Below are positions 12,948-24,740 of a stretch of 64,000 nt of DNA, in pieces. The DNA is from Chiloscyllium plagiosum. Its lineage: Eukaryota. How positions within the stretch are numbered: the stretch's first letter is position 1; each line of letters begins with the position of its first letter. The stretch covers positions 20,970,373-21,034,372 of the forward strand of contig NC_057749.1 of NCBI RefSeq assembly GCF_004010195.1, in the 5' to 3' direction. The notes beneath the pieces were generated by a model that had not been told where the DNA came from, made no database searches, and saw nothing but the letters and a program-made list of their open reading frames with translations. Made by a program: the position numbers and the translations under genes.

Positions 12948-13273
12948 AGTGGCATGGTGGCTCAGTGGTTAGCACTGCTGCCTCACAGCGCCAAGGGACC
13001 TGGGTTCGATTCCAGCCTCGGGTGACTGTCTATGTGGAGTTTGCACATTCTCCCCGTGTCTGTGTGGGTTTCCTCCGGGTGCTCTAGTTTCCTCCCACAG
13101 TCCAAAGATGTGCAGGTCAGGTGAATTGGCCATGCTAAATTACCTGTAGTGTTAGGTGCCCTAGTCAGGTGTAAATGTGGGGAATGAGTTTGGGTGGGTT
13201 ACTCTTCAGAGGGTCGGTGTGGTCTTGTTGGGCTGAAGAGCCTGTTTCCATACTGTAGGGAATCTAATCTAAT
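12948..13273 (+). mobile_element. HE1-type SINE, full length
   Basis: A/B boxes, V-domain, (taatc)n tail; flanking catgga repeat. Confidence 0.92.
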
Positions 13274-14017
13274 CATGGACAAAAGAGTTGAATTCCAGGG
13301 GGTAGGTGAGCGTGACAGCCCTTGACACTGAGGCTGCATTCGACTGAGTGTAGCATCAAGGAGCCCTGGCAAAACTGGAATTAATGGGAATCGGGGACAA
13401 TTCTCTGCTGGTTGGAGTCACATCTGACACATCTGAAGTTAACTGCAATGTTTGAGGTCAGTCATCGGAGTTCCAGGAGATCTCTGCAGGGATTCCTCAG
13501 GCTAGTAGTGTGCTAGGTGCAACCATCTTCAGCTGCCTCATCAATGACCTTTCCTCCATCATAAGGTCAGAAATGGGGATGTTTGCCGATGATTGCACAA
13601 TGTTCAGCACCATTCACGACTCCTCAGAAAATGAAGCAGTCCATGTTCAAATGCAACAAGGTGTGGACAATATCCAAGCTTTGGCCTGACAGGTGACAAA
13701 TAACATTGGTGCCAAACTCAAGCCAGGCTATGACCATCACAATAAGAGACTATCTCACCACCGCCCCTTGACATTCAATGGTTTTATCATCACTGAATCG
13801 CCCCACTGTCAACATCCTGGGGGGCTATCATTGATCAGAAATTCAAGTGGACTCACCACATAAACACAGTGGCTACAAGAGCAGGTCAGAGACTAGGAGT
13901 ACTGCAGCAAAGTAACTCACCTCCTGACACCCCAAAGCCTGTCCACGATCTACAAGGCTCAAGTCAGGGGTGTGATAGAATACTCTCCCTTGTCTGAGTG
14001 GGTCCAGTCCCAAAACA

Positions 14018-14298
14018 GGCGAAAGTGAGGACTGCAGATGCTGGAGATCAGAGTCTAGGCGAGAGTGGTGCTGGAAAAGCACAGCAGGTCAGGCAGCATC
14101 CAAGGAGCAGGAAAATCGACATTTCGGGCAAAAGCCTTTCATCAAGAATGCACTTCTGCCCAGTTCTACTCTGGGGACAGGAGGGTTGCATTAATTGACA
14201 CTTCCTGATGAAGGGCTTTTGCCTGAAATGTTGATTTTCCTGCTCCTTGGATGCTGCCTGACCTGCTGTGCTTTTCCAGCACCATTCTAATCTAGACG
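14018..14298. mobile_element. Palindromic PLE pLTR insertion with two opposed hammerhead motifs
   Basis: Inverted arms at about 14062-14148 and 14202-14290 around a ~55-nt spacer; TSD cagt(c/t)ccaaaaca at 14005-14017 and 14299-14311. Confidence 0.85.
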
Positions 14299-14659
14299 CA
14301 GTTCCAAAACACTCAACACTATCCAGAACAAAGCAGCCCACTTGACTGGCCCACTTGTGGATGTGCCACAGCCTCTGCCACTGACTCTCAGCAGCAGCAG
14401 TGTGTACTATCTACAAGATGCACTGCAGAAAGTCACCAAAGATCCTTTGACAACACCTTCTAAACCAACAACCACTTCCATCTAGAAGGACAAAGGCAGA
14501 AGATACATGGGAATGCTACCATCTGCAAATTCCCCTCCAAGCCACTCATCATCCTGGCGTGGAATTATATCACAGTTCCTTCACTGCCGTTGGGTCAAAA
14601 TCCTGAAATTCCTTCCTTAACAATGTTGTTGGTCTACCTACAATGCATAAACTGCAGCG

Positions 14660-15310
14660 GAATTTAATACACGCCGTGACATCGAACAATTCTTCCGTCG
14701 CCTCCGCCTCCGAGCTTACTTTCACAATCAGGACCCCCGCCCACCTTCCGAGGACCCCTTCGCCCACCTCCAACACACTGCATCCACCTGGACACCCCGC
14801 GCTGGCCTATTACCTGCCCCCGACCTCTTCATTTCCAACTGCCGCCGGGACATTAACCGCCTCAACCTGTCGACCCCCCTCCCCCACTCCAACCTCTCAC
14901 CCTCACAACGCGCAGCCCTCCAATCCCTCTGCTCCAATCCCAACCTCACCATCAAGCCAGCGGATAAAGGGGACGCAGTGGTAGTCTGGCGCACTGACCT
15001 CTACACCGCTGAAGCCAAACGCCAACTCGAGGACACCTCCTCCTACCGCCCCCTTGACCATGACCCCACCCCCCATCACCAAACCATCATCTCCCAGACC
15101 ATACAGAACCTCATCACCCCAGGAGATCTCCCACCCACAGCTTCCAACCTCATAGTCCAGGAACCCCGCACTGCCCGGTTCTACCCCCTTCCCAAGATCC
15201 ACAAGCCTGACCACCCTGGCCGACCCATTGTCTCAGCATGCTCCTGCCCCACTGAACCCACCTCTACCTACCTCGACACTGTCCTATCCCACCTAGTCCA
15301 GGAACTCCCC
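14660..15310 (+). mobile_element. Penelope-like element RT N-terminal coding fragment, uninterrupted up to the gap
   Basis: FFRRLRLRAYF..SNLS.SQRAAL.SL..N..IKPADKGDAVVVW..YTAEAKRQL.D..PKIHKP..GRPIVSA. Confidence 0.92.
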
Positions 15311-15470
15311 NNNNNNNNNNNNNNNNNNNNNNNNNNNNNNNNNNNNNNNNNNNNNNNNNNNNNNNNNNNNNNNNNNNNNNNNNNNNNNNNNNNNNNNNNN
15401 NNNNNNNNNNNNNNNNNNNNNNNNNNNNNNNNNNNNNNNNNNNNNNNNNNNNNNNNNNNNNNNNNNNNNN
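15311..15470. other. Assembly gap (N run)
   Basis: 160 N. Confidence 1.
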
Positions 15471-15822
15471 GTGGCAGCTCTTGAATCTCTGCAGTCCATG
15501 TGCTATATGTCAATCCACAATGCCCTTAGGGAAGGGATTCCAGGATTTTGACCCAAAGTGAAGGAATGGAATATATTTGTAAGTCAGGATGTTGAGTGGC
15601 TTGGATGGGGAAACTGCAAGTGGCGGTGATCCGATATATTTGCTGCCCTTATCCTTCTAAACGAAAGTGCTCGTGGGTTTGGAAAATCTTGTCAAAGCAT
15701 CGTTGGAAAATTTCTGTAGTGCATCTTCTAGACAGTATACACTGCTGCTACTGAGTGTTGGTGGTGGAGGGAGTAGATATTTGCAGATTGGATACAATCA
15801 AGTGGACTGCTTTGTTCTATAA

Positions 15823-16101
15823 GGTAAAAACAAGGACTGCAGATGCCGAAAACCAGAGACTAGATTAGAGTGGTGCTGGAAAAGCACAGCAGGTCAGGCA
15901 GCATCCGAGGAGCAGGAAAATCGACATTTCGGGCAAAAGTCTTTCATCAGGAATGCACTTCTGCCCAGTTCTACTCTGGGGACGGGACGGTTGCATTAAT
16001 TGACACTTCCTGATGAAGGGCTTTTGCCCGAAACGTTGATTTTCCTGCTCCTCGGATGCTGCCTGACCTGCTGTGCTTTTCCAGCACCACTCTAATCTAG
16101 A
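15823..16101. mobile_element. Palindromic PLE pLTR element with the same spacer as 14018..14298
   Basis: Inverted arms; plus-strand hammerhead CTGATGA at 16010 with GGGC-TTTT-GCCC-GAAA. Confidence 0.85.
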
Positions 16102-16689
16102 CGCAGTTCCAAAACACTCAACACTATCCAGAACAAAGCAGCCCACTTGACTGGCCCACTTGTGGATGTGCCACAGCCTCTGCCACTGACTCTCAGCAGC
16201 AACAGTGTGTACTATCTACAAGATGCACTGCAGAAAGTCACCAAAGATCCTTTGACAACACCTTCTAAACCAACAACCACTTCCATCTAGAAGGACAAGG
16301 GCAGAAGATACATGGGAATGCCACCATCTGCAAATTCCCCTCCAAGCCACTCATCATCCTGGCATGGAATTATATCACAGTTCCTTCACTGCCACTGGGT
16401 CAAAATCCTGAAATTCCTTCCTTAACAATGTTGTCGGTCTACCTACAACACATAAACTGCAGCGGTTCAAGAAAGTAGTTCACCACCATTTTGTCAAGGG
16501 CTACTAGGAATGAGCAATAAATGCTGTTCCAGCCATTGATACCCACATCAATTGCTGTGCTCTTCCAGCACCACTGATCCAGGTTCAAGAAAGTAGTTCA
16601 CCACCATTTTGTCAAGGGCTACTAGGAATGAGCAATAAATGCTGTTCCAGCCATTGATACCCACATCCTTAGAGTGAAGGAAGAAACCT

Positions 16690-18200
16690 CAATAATAGAA
16701 GGGACCTTAGGGTGCTTCCTGAAGGTGACAATGCAGGTTAACAAGGTGTTTAAAAAGGCTTATGGGATGTTGCATTTATCAGTCATGTAAGAGCAGGGAG
16801 GTGATGTTGGAGCAGTACAGAACTTTGGTTAGGCCACAGCTGGAGTACTGTGTGCAGTTTTGGTCATCACACTATAGGAAGGAGGTGATCACACTGGAGG
16901 GGTTGCAAGAGGGCATTTACCAGGATGTTGTCAAGGACGGAGCAGTTTAGCTAGGGAGAGAGGCTGGATAAGGTCAGGTTGTTTTCTTTTAAAACATAGA
17001 GATGCACAGTACGGAAACAGACCCTTTGGTCCAACTCATCCAGATATCCTAACCTATTCTGGTCCCATGTGGCCCATATCCCTCCAAACCCTTCCTATTC
17101 ATATACCCATCGAGATGCCTGTTAAATGTTGTCATTGTACCAGCCCCCACCACTTCCTCTGGCAGCACATTCCATACATGCACCACACTCTGCATGAAAA
17201 AGTTGCCTCTTAGATCACTTTTATATCTTTCCCCTCTCACCCTAAACCTGTGCCCTCTAGTTCTGGACTCCACCACCCCAGGGAAAAGACCTTGTCCGTT
17301 TATTCTATCCATGCCCCTCATAGAAGATTGTGGGGTGAACAGACTGAGATGTTGAGATTATGAGGGGCATGGACGGGGTGAATAAAAAGCAGCTGCTCCC
17401 CTTAGTTGAATGCCGATAGCAGGAGGGCATAATTTTAAGGTGACAAGCAAGAGGTTTAGAGGGGATTTGAGGAAAAATACAGTCCTCCAGAGGATGTTTG
17501 GGGTCAGGGAAGGTCATTGAGGCAGGAAGAAGAAAGTGAGGACTACAGATTCTGGAGATGAAAGTAGAGAGTATGGTGCTGGCAAAGCACAGCAGGGCAG
17601 GCAGCATCTGAGGAGCAGGAGAGTCAACATTTTGGGCATAAGCCCTTCATCAGGAATGAGGTTTGTGGGCCTGTACATATCAAGTTCTCAAAATAAATGC
17701 ATGGTTCAGATACAGCGTGACTGTGCAGACTTCCATCCTGCGGTGAAAGGATGACATCCTCAGTCTCCAGGGTCTCCCTCAGAAGAACAACTGCACAGGA
17801 TTGACATCGGTTTATTGATGTGGAGGCAGCAAGGATGGCCTCCTAATTATTTGCCTGGAGCTAAAACCATTTTGGAAAGCTCTCCTTGCACGTCTGCCCA
17901 ATTCTACTCCGGGGGACAAGAGGGTTGCATTAATTGACACTTCCTGGTGAAGGGCTTTTGCCTGAAACCTCGATTCTCCTGCTTCTCAGATGCTGCCTGA
18001 CCTGCTGTGCTTTTCCAGCACCACACTCTCAATGTTGAGGCCAGAAACCTCACACACTTTAAAAAGTACTCAAATCGGCCATTGAAATGTCATAATATTG
18101 AAGGCTATAGGCCTACTGAGATTTGTGCAGGTAGTAGCATATTTTTTGTGACACAGACTTAATGGGCTAAGGGACCTCTTCTGTACAGTACAATTCTACT
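16690..18200 (+). mobile_element. CR1 RT C-terminus and 3' end, with a nested minus-strand CR1 3' end (about 16995-17320) and a PLE palindrome
   Basis: YRTLVRPQLEYCVQFWS..; inverted RGHRFRVRG.. Confidence 0.8.
17530..18032. mobile_element. Palindromic PLE pLTR element with ~285-nt internal spacer
   Basis: Arms at about 17535-17657(-) and 17941-18030(+); the spacer's 3' end matches the spacer at 14150 and 15955; approximate TSD ttgaggc(a/c)(g/a)gaa. Confidence 0.8.
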
Positions 18201-18574
18201 GGTTTAGATCTAAGCGTTCAAATCCCATCTACAGTTAGTGGAACTTAAATTCAATCAGTAATCTTCTGAACTGAAAGGGGTTGGAAAATGGTGGTTTTTA
18301 TGCTATTGACGAAGGTAAAACAGGAGTGAGTGGAACAGACGGTGAGTGTGCCCAGAGCAAAATACAGGGAGTGTTAATGATGGTAAAGGAGAGATAGAGA
18401 TGGAAATCAGGTGTTAATGATAAGTGTGGACAGGTTCATGAATATGAAAGGTTTAGAGGAACATGAGCCAAACACAAGGAAGTGGGAGATTTGCTTAGTT
18501 TGGGAAACCTGGTTGGCATGAACAAATAGTCCTGAAAGTTCTATTTCCGGGCCGACTGACTCTATAATAAGCTC

Positions 18575-19080
18575 AAGAACATTTACAGATGGAAAGAGGC
18601 CGCTTGGCCCATCATACCAGTGCTGGTCAACAAAGATCTGATTACATGAATCACATTTTACATCTCACGGCCCATACCTCTGGAGGCTATGGCAACACAA
18701 GTGAATGTTTATATACTGTTTAAATGTAGTGAGAGTATCTGACTCAACCATCCTTTCAGATAGAGTTACAGACTCCCACTACCCTCTGAGTGATAGAAGG
18801 CCAAACTCTCCTTTTGCCCTTCTATCTCTGAACTTAAATCTAGCCCCTTGGTTACTGACCCCTTAAATGATAGAAAGAATGCCTTCCTCTTTATGCCTCT
18901 CATAATCTTATCGCTTCGATTAAATCCCCTCTCACCCTTTGCTGCTCTAAGGAAAACAACCTCAGCCTATCAAATCTTTCCTCATAGCACAGAGCTTTCA
19001 GTCCAAGTAACGTCCTGGTAAATCTCATCAGAACACTCTTGACAGAAATCTCATCCTTCCTATAACGTAATGACCTGTGA
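18575..19080 (-). mobile_element. Decayed CR1 3' portion
   Basis: Similar to other CR1 3' ends (LGLFSLEQ.R..G.LI..YKIM). Confidence 0.7.
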
Positions 19081-19756
19081 TCTTCTGCATGGACATTGTA
19101 TGAAGTTGTGCTTAGTTAATCGGTAAATTCCATTGTCCTGGGATCCGTCTTCCACACACAAAATTCAGATAGTCCTTTGGGACCGTTCAAAGCCCAGTGT
19201 TAGTGAACACTGCCCCCTCCTGGAAGGTAGGACTTACAATTTGTTCAAACTCAGTGCACACAGCTGAAATGAAAATTAATTATTTAATGTTCTCTAGGAG
19301 GGAGAAGGAGGAAATGACTTTGTGCTCCTTCGAAACAATGCAATGCTGTGGGTGAAGTGGGGGATAGGTCTAGGCCTGTTCGGTGGAATTAATTTGAGCT
19401 AATCAATCTTTTAATGTATTTTGATCCCTAGTGCAGTCCTGAAAAGAAACTCAAACTTAACACCTGTGACAATCATTATCACATTAAACAAAACCTTCCC
19501 AAATCTGTGTTTTCACAGATATTGGAACAATTTCATGAGTAGTCCAGAATGTGTGAAGGCTATTTCAATGGGCAAGGACACAGTTTCACTTTAATCAAAA
19601 GAGTCTCTGGGATGGGTATTTGCAAGGAATGTAGGGCACCTTTGTATAGCCCAACCTATCGGTATATCTACAGCCTTGTAGTTCACAGTGGTATCCTTAT
19701 TACCGCCTGGGAATTGGAGAAGTTACTCAGTGAATGTCTGTCAAGTTTCCCATGTC

Positions 19757-20200
19757 CTAGGGAATGTTGGGTGGCAGCTTTTGTCCAATTTCTGAAAATT
19801 GGCCATCACAAATGTCTTTGCTTTTAAACAATGGCTTCTTCTGAGTTGGATGCATTCTTGCTGAGGGACCGCCTACAGATCTGACACCTGACTTTGGCTG
19901 GCAGAGGGTGTTCACATCCTCAAAGATGCTGCTTGGATTTTTGCTGTCACTCATTTCCCCGATGCAATCATCCAATCCTTTCTCTCCTGTCCACAAAAGG
20001 ATGCCACTGTCCCATTCCTCGTCACTGGAGTCCTTCAGAAAGCTGTTGAATGTCACTTTGCACTTACACTTGAATTTCTAGAATATCTCCAAGATGTTAT
20101 CCGTCTTCCAATTCAGCCAGGGCTGGAGCGACAGCAGTGGCCATCTTTGTTTGACTGGAGTGAGTATACAAGCGGCCATCTTGGTTTGACTGGACACCAA
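19757..20200 (-). mobile_element. Gypsy-type LTR retrotransposon gag relic with possible PBS
   Basis: LNWKTDNILEIF*KFKCKCKVTFNSFLKDSSDEEWDSGILLWTGEKGLD..IFEDVNTLCQPKS resembles the Gypsy gag N-terminus; TGGTGTC PBS-like motif near 20193-20199. Confidence 0.55.
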
Positions 20201-20309
20201 AGTGAGTGTATATTCACAATCAAGTTCAATCTTTACCTCATTTGTGTTCTAATCACAAACAAGTGATATCACAAACTACAAGGTGAAGCAGCAATGATGA
20301 GTGATCAAA

Positions 20310-20660
20310 CCTGGACTATCTAAAAAGAAACCAAAAATGTACAACTCCCCCACCAAACAGGAAATTGAATTTCTATTCATCACTATAAAAGATAAGCGCA
20401 TTTGCTGTACATGTGACCAAAGTATACAGATACGTAAAAGGGAAAATTTCGAAAAACATCCACAATGATGCACAATATGGTCAAGCTTTCTAATGAACAG
20501 CATGCTTTGGACAATGAAAGTTGATGAGCTAAGGGCCATTTTGAAAGCTCAACAGTCTTATTTCATAAACCAGCAGCAAAGGTAAAGCCTGTTTGAAACA
20601 TCAGTTCGCACTTGCTATCTCCTGGCCAAACACAGGAGGTCGTTGGCAAATGGTAAAAGT
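20310..20660 (+). mobile_element. hAT-Charlie (GTF2IRD2/EPM2AIP1-like) transposase N-terminal relic
   Basis: KKKPKMYN..EIEFLFITIKDKRICCTCDQSIQIRKRENFEKH; KVDELRAILKAQQSYF; ETSVRTCYLLAKHRRSLANG. Confidence 0.7.
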
Positions 20661-20814
20661 TAGGTCAGAAAATGCTGAAAAAACTTTCAAAACTAAAGGG
20701 TCCAGCGACCCTTCTTCATGAACGAAAGATGTAATTTTCAAATTAAAGGACACCCAAAATTAATAAAATGTAATATTCCTGCTATAAGCCACTCCAGACC
20801 TTAAGGGCTCCAAA

Positions 20815-21015
20815 TTACCAGAGGAAGTGTAGGAGACAGGGTAAATTACAACATTTAAAAGGCATCTGGATGGGTATATGAATAGGAAGGGCTTAGAGAG
20901 ATATGGGCCAAATGCTGGAATATGGAACTAGGTTAATTTGGGATATCTGGTCAGCATGGCCGAGTTGGACAGAAGGGTCTGTTTCTGTACTGTATAACTC
21001 CATGACTCTACGATT
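20815..21015 (+). mobile_element. CR1 3' end fragment
   Basis: LPEEV...TFKRHLDGYMNRKG and the CR1 3' UTR. Confidence 0.8.
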
Positions 21016-21139
21016 CTCTAACCGCTGCCCCCATGTTATGTTTTATGGTTTTGAGATCGCCAAAATAAATTACATAAATTCTGGAGCCTACTTCATGTAG
21101 AATTTTCATAAAGCTTCATAAACGGCGAATCTACCTAGA

Positions 21140-21428
21140 ATCATAGAGAATCCCTACAGTGTGGAAACAGGCCATTTGGCCCAAAAAGTTCACACCGACC
21201 CTCTGAAGAGCATCCCACCCAGACTCATTTTCCAATATTTCCCCTGACTACTACACCTAACCTACACCTTCCTGAACATTATGGGCAATTTAGCATGGGC
21301 ATAATGTGCACATCTTTGGATAGTAGGAAAGAAACCAGAGCACCCAGAGAGAACTCATGCAGATAAAGGGAGAAAACCTGGGTCCCTGGTGCTGTGAGGC
21401 AGTGTTGCTAATCATTGAGCCACCGTGC
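21140..21428 (-). mobile_element. HE1-type SINE, decayed
   Basis: Reverse complement of HE1 head, core and tail. Confidence 0.8.
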
Positions 21429-21596
21429 TATTGTAGGGGTAATGCGAAGACTGCAGCAGTGGGTGATGTATCCTGACATAAATCCCAAATAAATTTGGAA
21501 GAATCTTACCCCTGCTGGTGAATATGAATGGGAGAACAGGAAAAAGGGGAGATGTTTTATTGTTCGAAGTGAGCAATTTCGAATCAAAGAAATTCA

Positions 21597-23452
21597 GTCA
21601 TAGAGATGTACAGCATGGAAACAGACCCCTCAGTCCAACTCGTCCATGCTGACCAGATATCCAAACCCAATTTAGTCCCACCTGCCAGCACCCGGCCCAG
21701 ATCCCTCCAAACCCTTTCTATTCATATAGCCATCCAGATGCCTTTTCAATGTTGTAATTGTACCAGGCTCCACCACTTCCTCTGGCAGCCCATTCCACAC
21801 ACGCACTATCCTCTGTGTGAAAAAGTTGAACCTCAGGTCTCTTTTATATCTTTCCCCTCTCACCCTAAACCTATGCCCTCTAGTTCTGGACTCCCCCACT
21901 CCCAGGAAAAATCTATTATCCTATCTATGCCCCTCATTATTTTATAACCCCCTATAAGGTCACCCATCAGCCTCTGATGCTCCAGGGAAAATAGCCCCAG
22001 TCTATTCAACCTCTCCCTATAGCTCAAATCCTCTAACCCTGGCAACATCCTTGTAAATCTTTTTGAACCCTTTCAAGTTTCACAACTTCCTTCCTTTAGG
22101 AGGGAGACCAGATTGGCACACAATATTCCAACAGTGGCTGAACCAATGTCCTGTACAGCCGCAACTTGACCTCCCAACTCCTGTACTCAATACTCTGACC
22201 AACAAAGGAAAGCATACCAAAAGCCTTCTTCACTATCCTATCTACCTGTGACCCCACTTTCAAGGAGCTATGAACCTGCACTCCAAGGTCTCTTTGTTCA
22301 GCAACACTCCCCAGGACCTTACCATTCAGTGTATAAGTCCTGCTAAGACTTGCTTTCCCAAAATGCAGCACCTCGCATTTATCGAAATTAAACTCCATCT
22401 GCCACTTCTCAGCCCATTGGCCCATCTGATCAAGATCCCTTTGTAATCTGAGGTAACCTTCTTTGTTGTTCCTTCTTTGGTGTCATCTGCAAACTCACTA
22501 ACTATATCTCTTATGCTCACATCCAAATCGTTTATATAAATGATGAAAAGTAGTGAACTCAGCACCGATCCTTGTGTCACTCCACTGGTCACAGGCCTCC
22601 AGTCTGAAAAACAACCTTCCACCGCCACTCTCTGTCTTCTATCTTTGAGCCAGTTCTGTATCCAAATGGCTAGTTCTCCCTGTGTTCCGTGAGATCTAAC
22701 CTTGCTAACCAATCTCCCATGGGGAACCTTGTCGAATGGGGAACCTTACTGAAGTCCATATAGAGAACATCTACCGCTCTGCCCTCATCAATCCTCTTCA
22801 TTACTTCACCAAAAAACTCTTGTCAAGTTTGTGAGACATGATTTCCCACACACAAAGTCATGTTGACTATCTCCAATCAGTCCTTGCCTTTCCAAATACA
22901 TGTACATCCTGTACCTCAGGATTCCCTCCAACAACTTGCCCACCACCGACGTCAGGCTCACTGGTCTATAGCTCCCTGGCTTGTCCTTACCACCGTTCTT
23001 AAACAGTGGCACCATGTTAGCCAACCTCCAGTCTTCCAGCACCTCACCAGTGACTATCGATAATACAAATACCTTAGTAAGAGGCCCAGCAATCACTTCC
23101 CTAGCTTCCCACAGAGTTCTAGGGTACACCTGATCAGGTCCTGGGGATTTATCTACCTTTATGTGTTTCCTCCTCTGTAATGTGGACATTTTGTAAGGTG
23201 TCACCATCTATTCCCTTACATTCTATATCTTCCATATCCTTTTCCACAGTAAACACTGATGCAAAATACTCGTTTAGTATCTCCCCCATCTCCTGCGGGT
23301 CCACACAAAGGCCACCTTGCCGATCTTTGAGGGGTCCTATTCTCTCCCTAGCTACCCCTTTATCCTTAATGTATTTGTAAAAACCCTTTGGATTCTCCTT
23401 AACTCTATTTGTCAAAGCTATCTCATATCCCCCTTATGTCCTCCTGATTTCC
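21597..23452 (-). mobile_element. CR1/HER1 LINE ORF2 (RT to 3' end), about 1.9 kb, frameshifted
   Basis: KENPKGFYKYIK; DKSPGPDQVYPRTLWE; YRPVSLTSVVGKLLE; GVTQGSVL; FADDTK; LEYCV; RGHRFRVRG. Confidence 0.95.
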
Positions 23453-23909
23453 TGCAGACTTACTGTAAGGCCACACTTAAAATATCCCCTTAACTGTTTC
23501 TGTGCTGTGACCTCTCCCAAACAGGTTCTTCCGAGCTCAATTGTGAATTTCACTGTTTGTTGATTTTCCAGATGCACTCCGATGTCCAGCGACGCAAGAT
23601 TTCAAACAGCAAAGGCAGTACCTGCGCAGGTTCACTGCTGTGTCAGGGAGCAGTGTTGGTTTCTTTCTGTCTGTCTCTGTCTCTGTCTCTCTCTCTTGCA
23701 CTGACCTGACTATGTGCTTCCTTTGTCTGTTCCTCTCCCTTTTAAAAGTGATGTTGTTTTGACTTTTTTTCTCCGAAGTTCCAAAACAATGCAACAGCAT
23801 TTAAAACAGCAATTGCTGCTCCTGGAATTCGAGGAAATCACCTCCAACACCTAAAAATTCTCATAAAAGGAGCAGCTGTTACAGGGAGAAATTTTTTCCC
23901 ATCCTCCAT

Positions 23910-24340
23910 CTTGGATGATGAAGGGCTTTTGCCCAAAACATTGATCTTTCTGCTCCATGGATGCTGCCTGACCTGCTGCGCTCTTCTAACACCACACTAA
24001 TCTTGACTCTAAACTCCATCTGCCACTTCTCAGCCCATTGGCCCATCTGGTTAAGATCCCGGTGTAATCTGAGGTAACCTTCTTCGCTGTCCATTACACC
24101 TCCAATTTTGGAGTCACCTGCAAACTTACTAACAATACCTCCTATGCTCACATCCAAATCATTTACGTAAATGACAAAAAGCAGAGGACCCAACACCGAT
24201 CCTTGTGACACTCCACTGGCCAAAGGCCTCCAGTCTGAAAACTAACCCTCCACCACCACCCTCTGTCTTCTACCTTTGAGCCAGTTCTGTCTCAAATGGC
24301 TAGTTCTCCCTGTATTCCATGAGATCTAACCTTGCTAACC
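23910..24340. mobile_element. PLE pLTR fragment (+, 23910-24010) abutting a CR1 RT fragment (-, 24010-24340)
   Basis: gatgaagggcttttgccc.. motif; [21 protein letters not shown]. Confidence 0.8.
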
Positions 24341-24405
24341 TGCTAAACAATGACAGTATTGCAATAAAAACTGAAAATGTTGGAGTTATCCAGGGCTGAT
24401 TTGTT

Positions 24406-24738
24406 TTCATAGAATCCCTACAATGTGAAAACAGGCCATTTGGCCCAACAAACCCATACCGACCCTCCAAAGAGTAACCACCCAGACCCATTCCCCAATT
24501 TCTCTACATTTCCCCCTGATGAATACACCTAACCTGCACATCACTGAACACTATTGGCAATTTACCTCAACTGTACCTCTTTGGACTGTGGGAGGAAACC
24601 GGAGCACCCGGAGGAAACCCACACAGACACGGGGAGAATGTGCAAACTCCACACAGACAGTCGCCTGAGTCTGGAATTGAACTCGGGTCCCTGGCACTGT
24701 GAGACAGCAGTGCTAACTGCTGAGCCACAATGCTGCCC
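24406..24738 (-). mobile_element. HE1-type SINE
   Basis: Reverse complement of HE1 head, core and tail. Confidence 0.88.
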
Positions 24739-24740
24739 TA

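Larger units (their letters stand above)
12245..14659 (+). mobile_element. Second CR1-clade LINE lineage, RT to 3' end, with nested insertions
   Basis: MWK.ARVCP..KKQDKSN..IISKVMEG..LSDAQFGF; GIPQ..LGATIFSCLINDL; MFADDCT. Confidence 0.8.
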
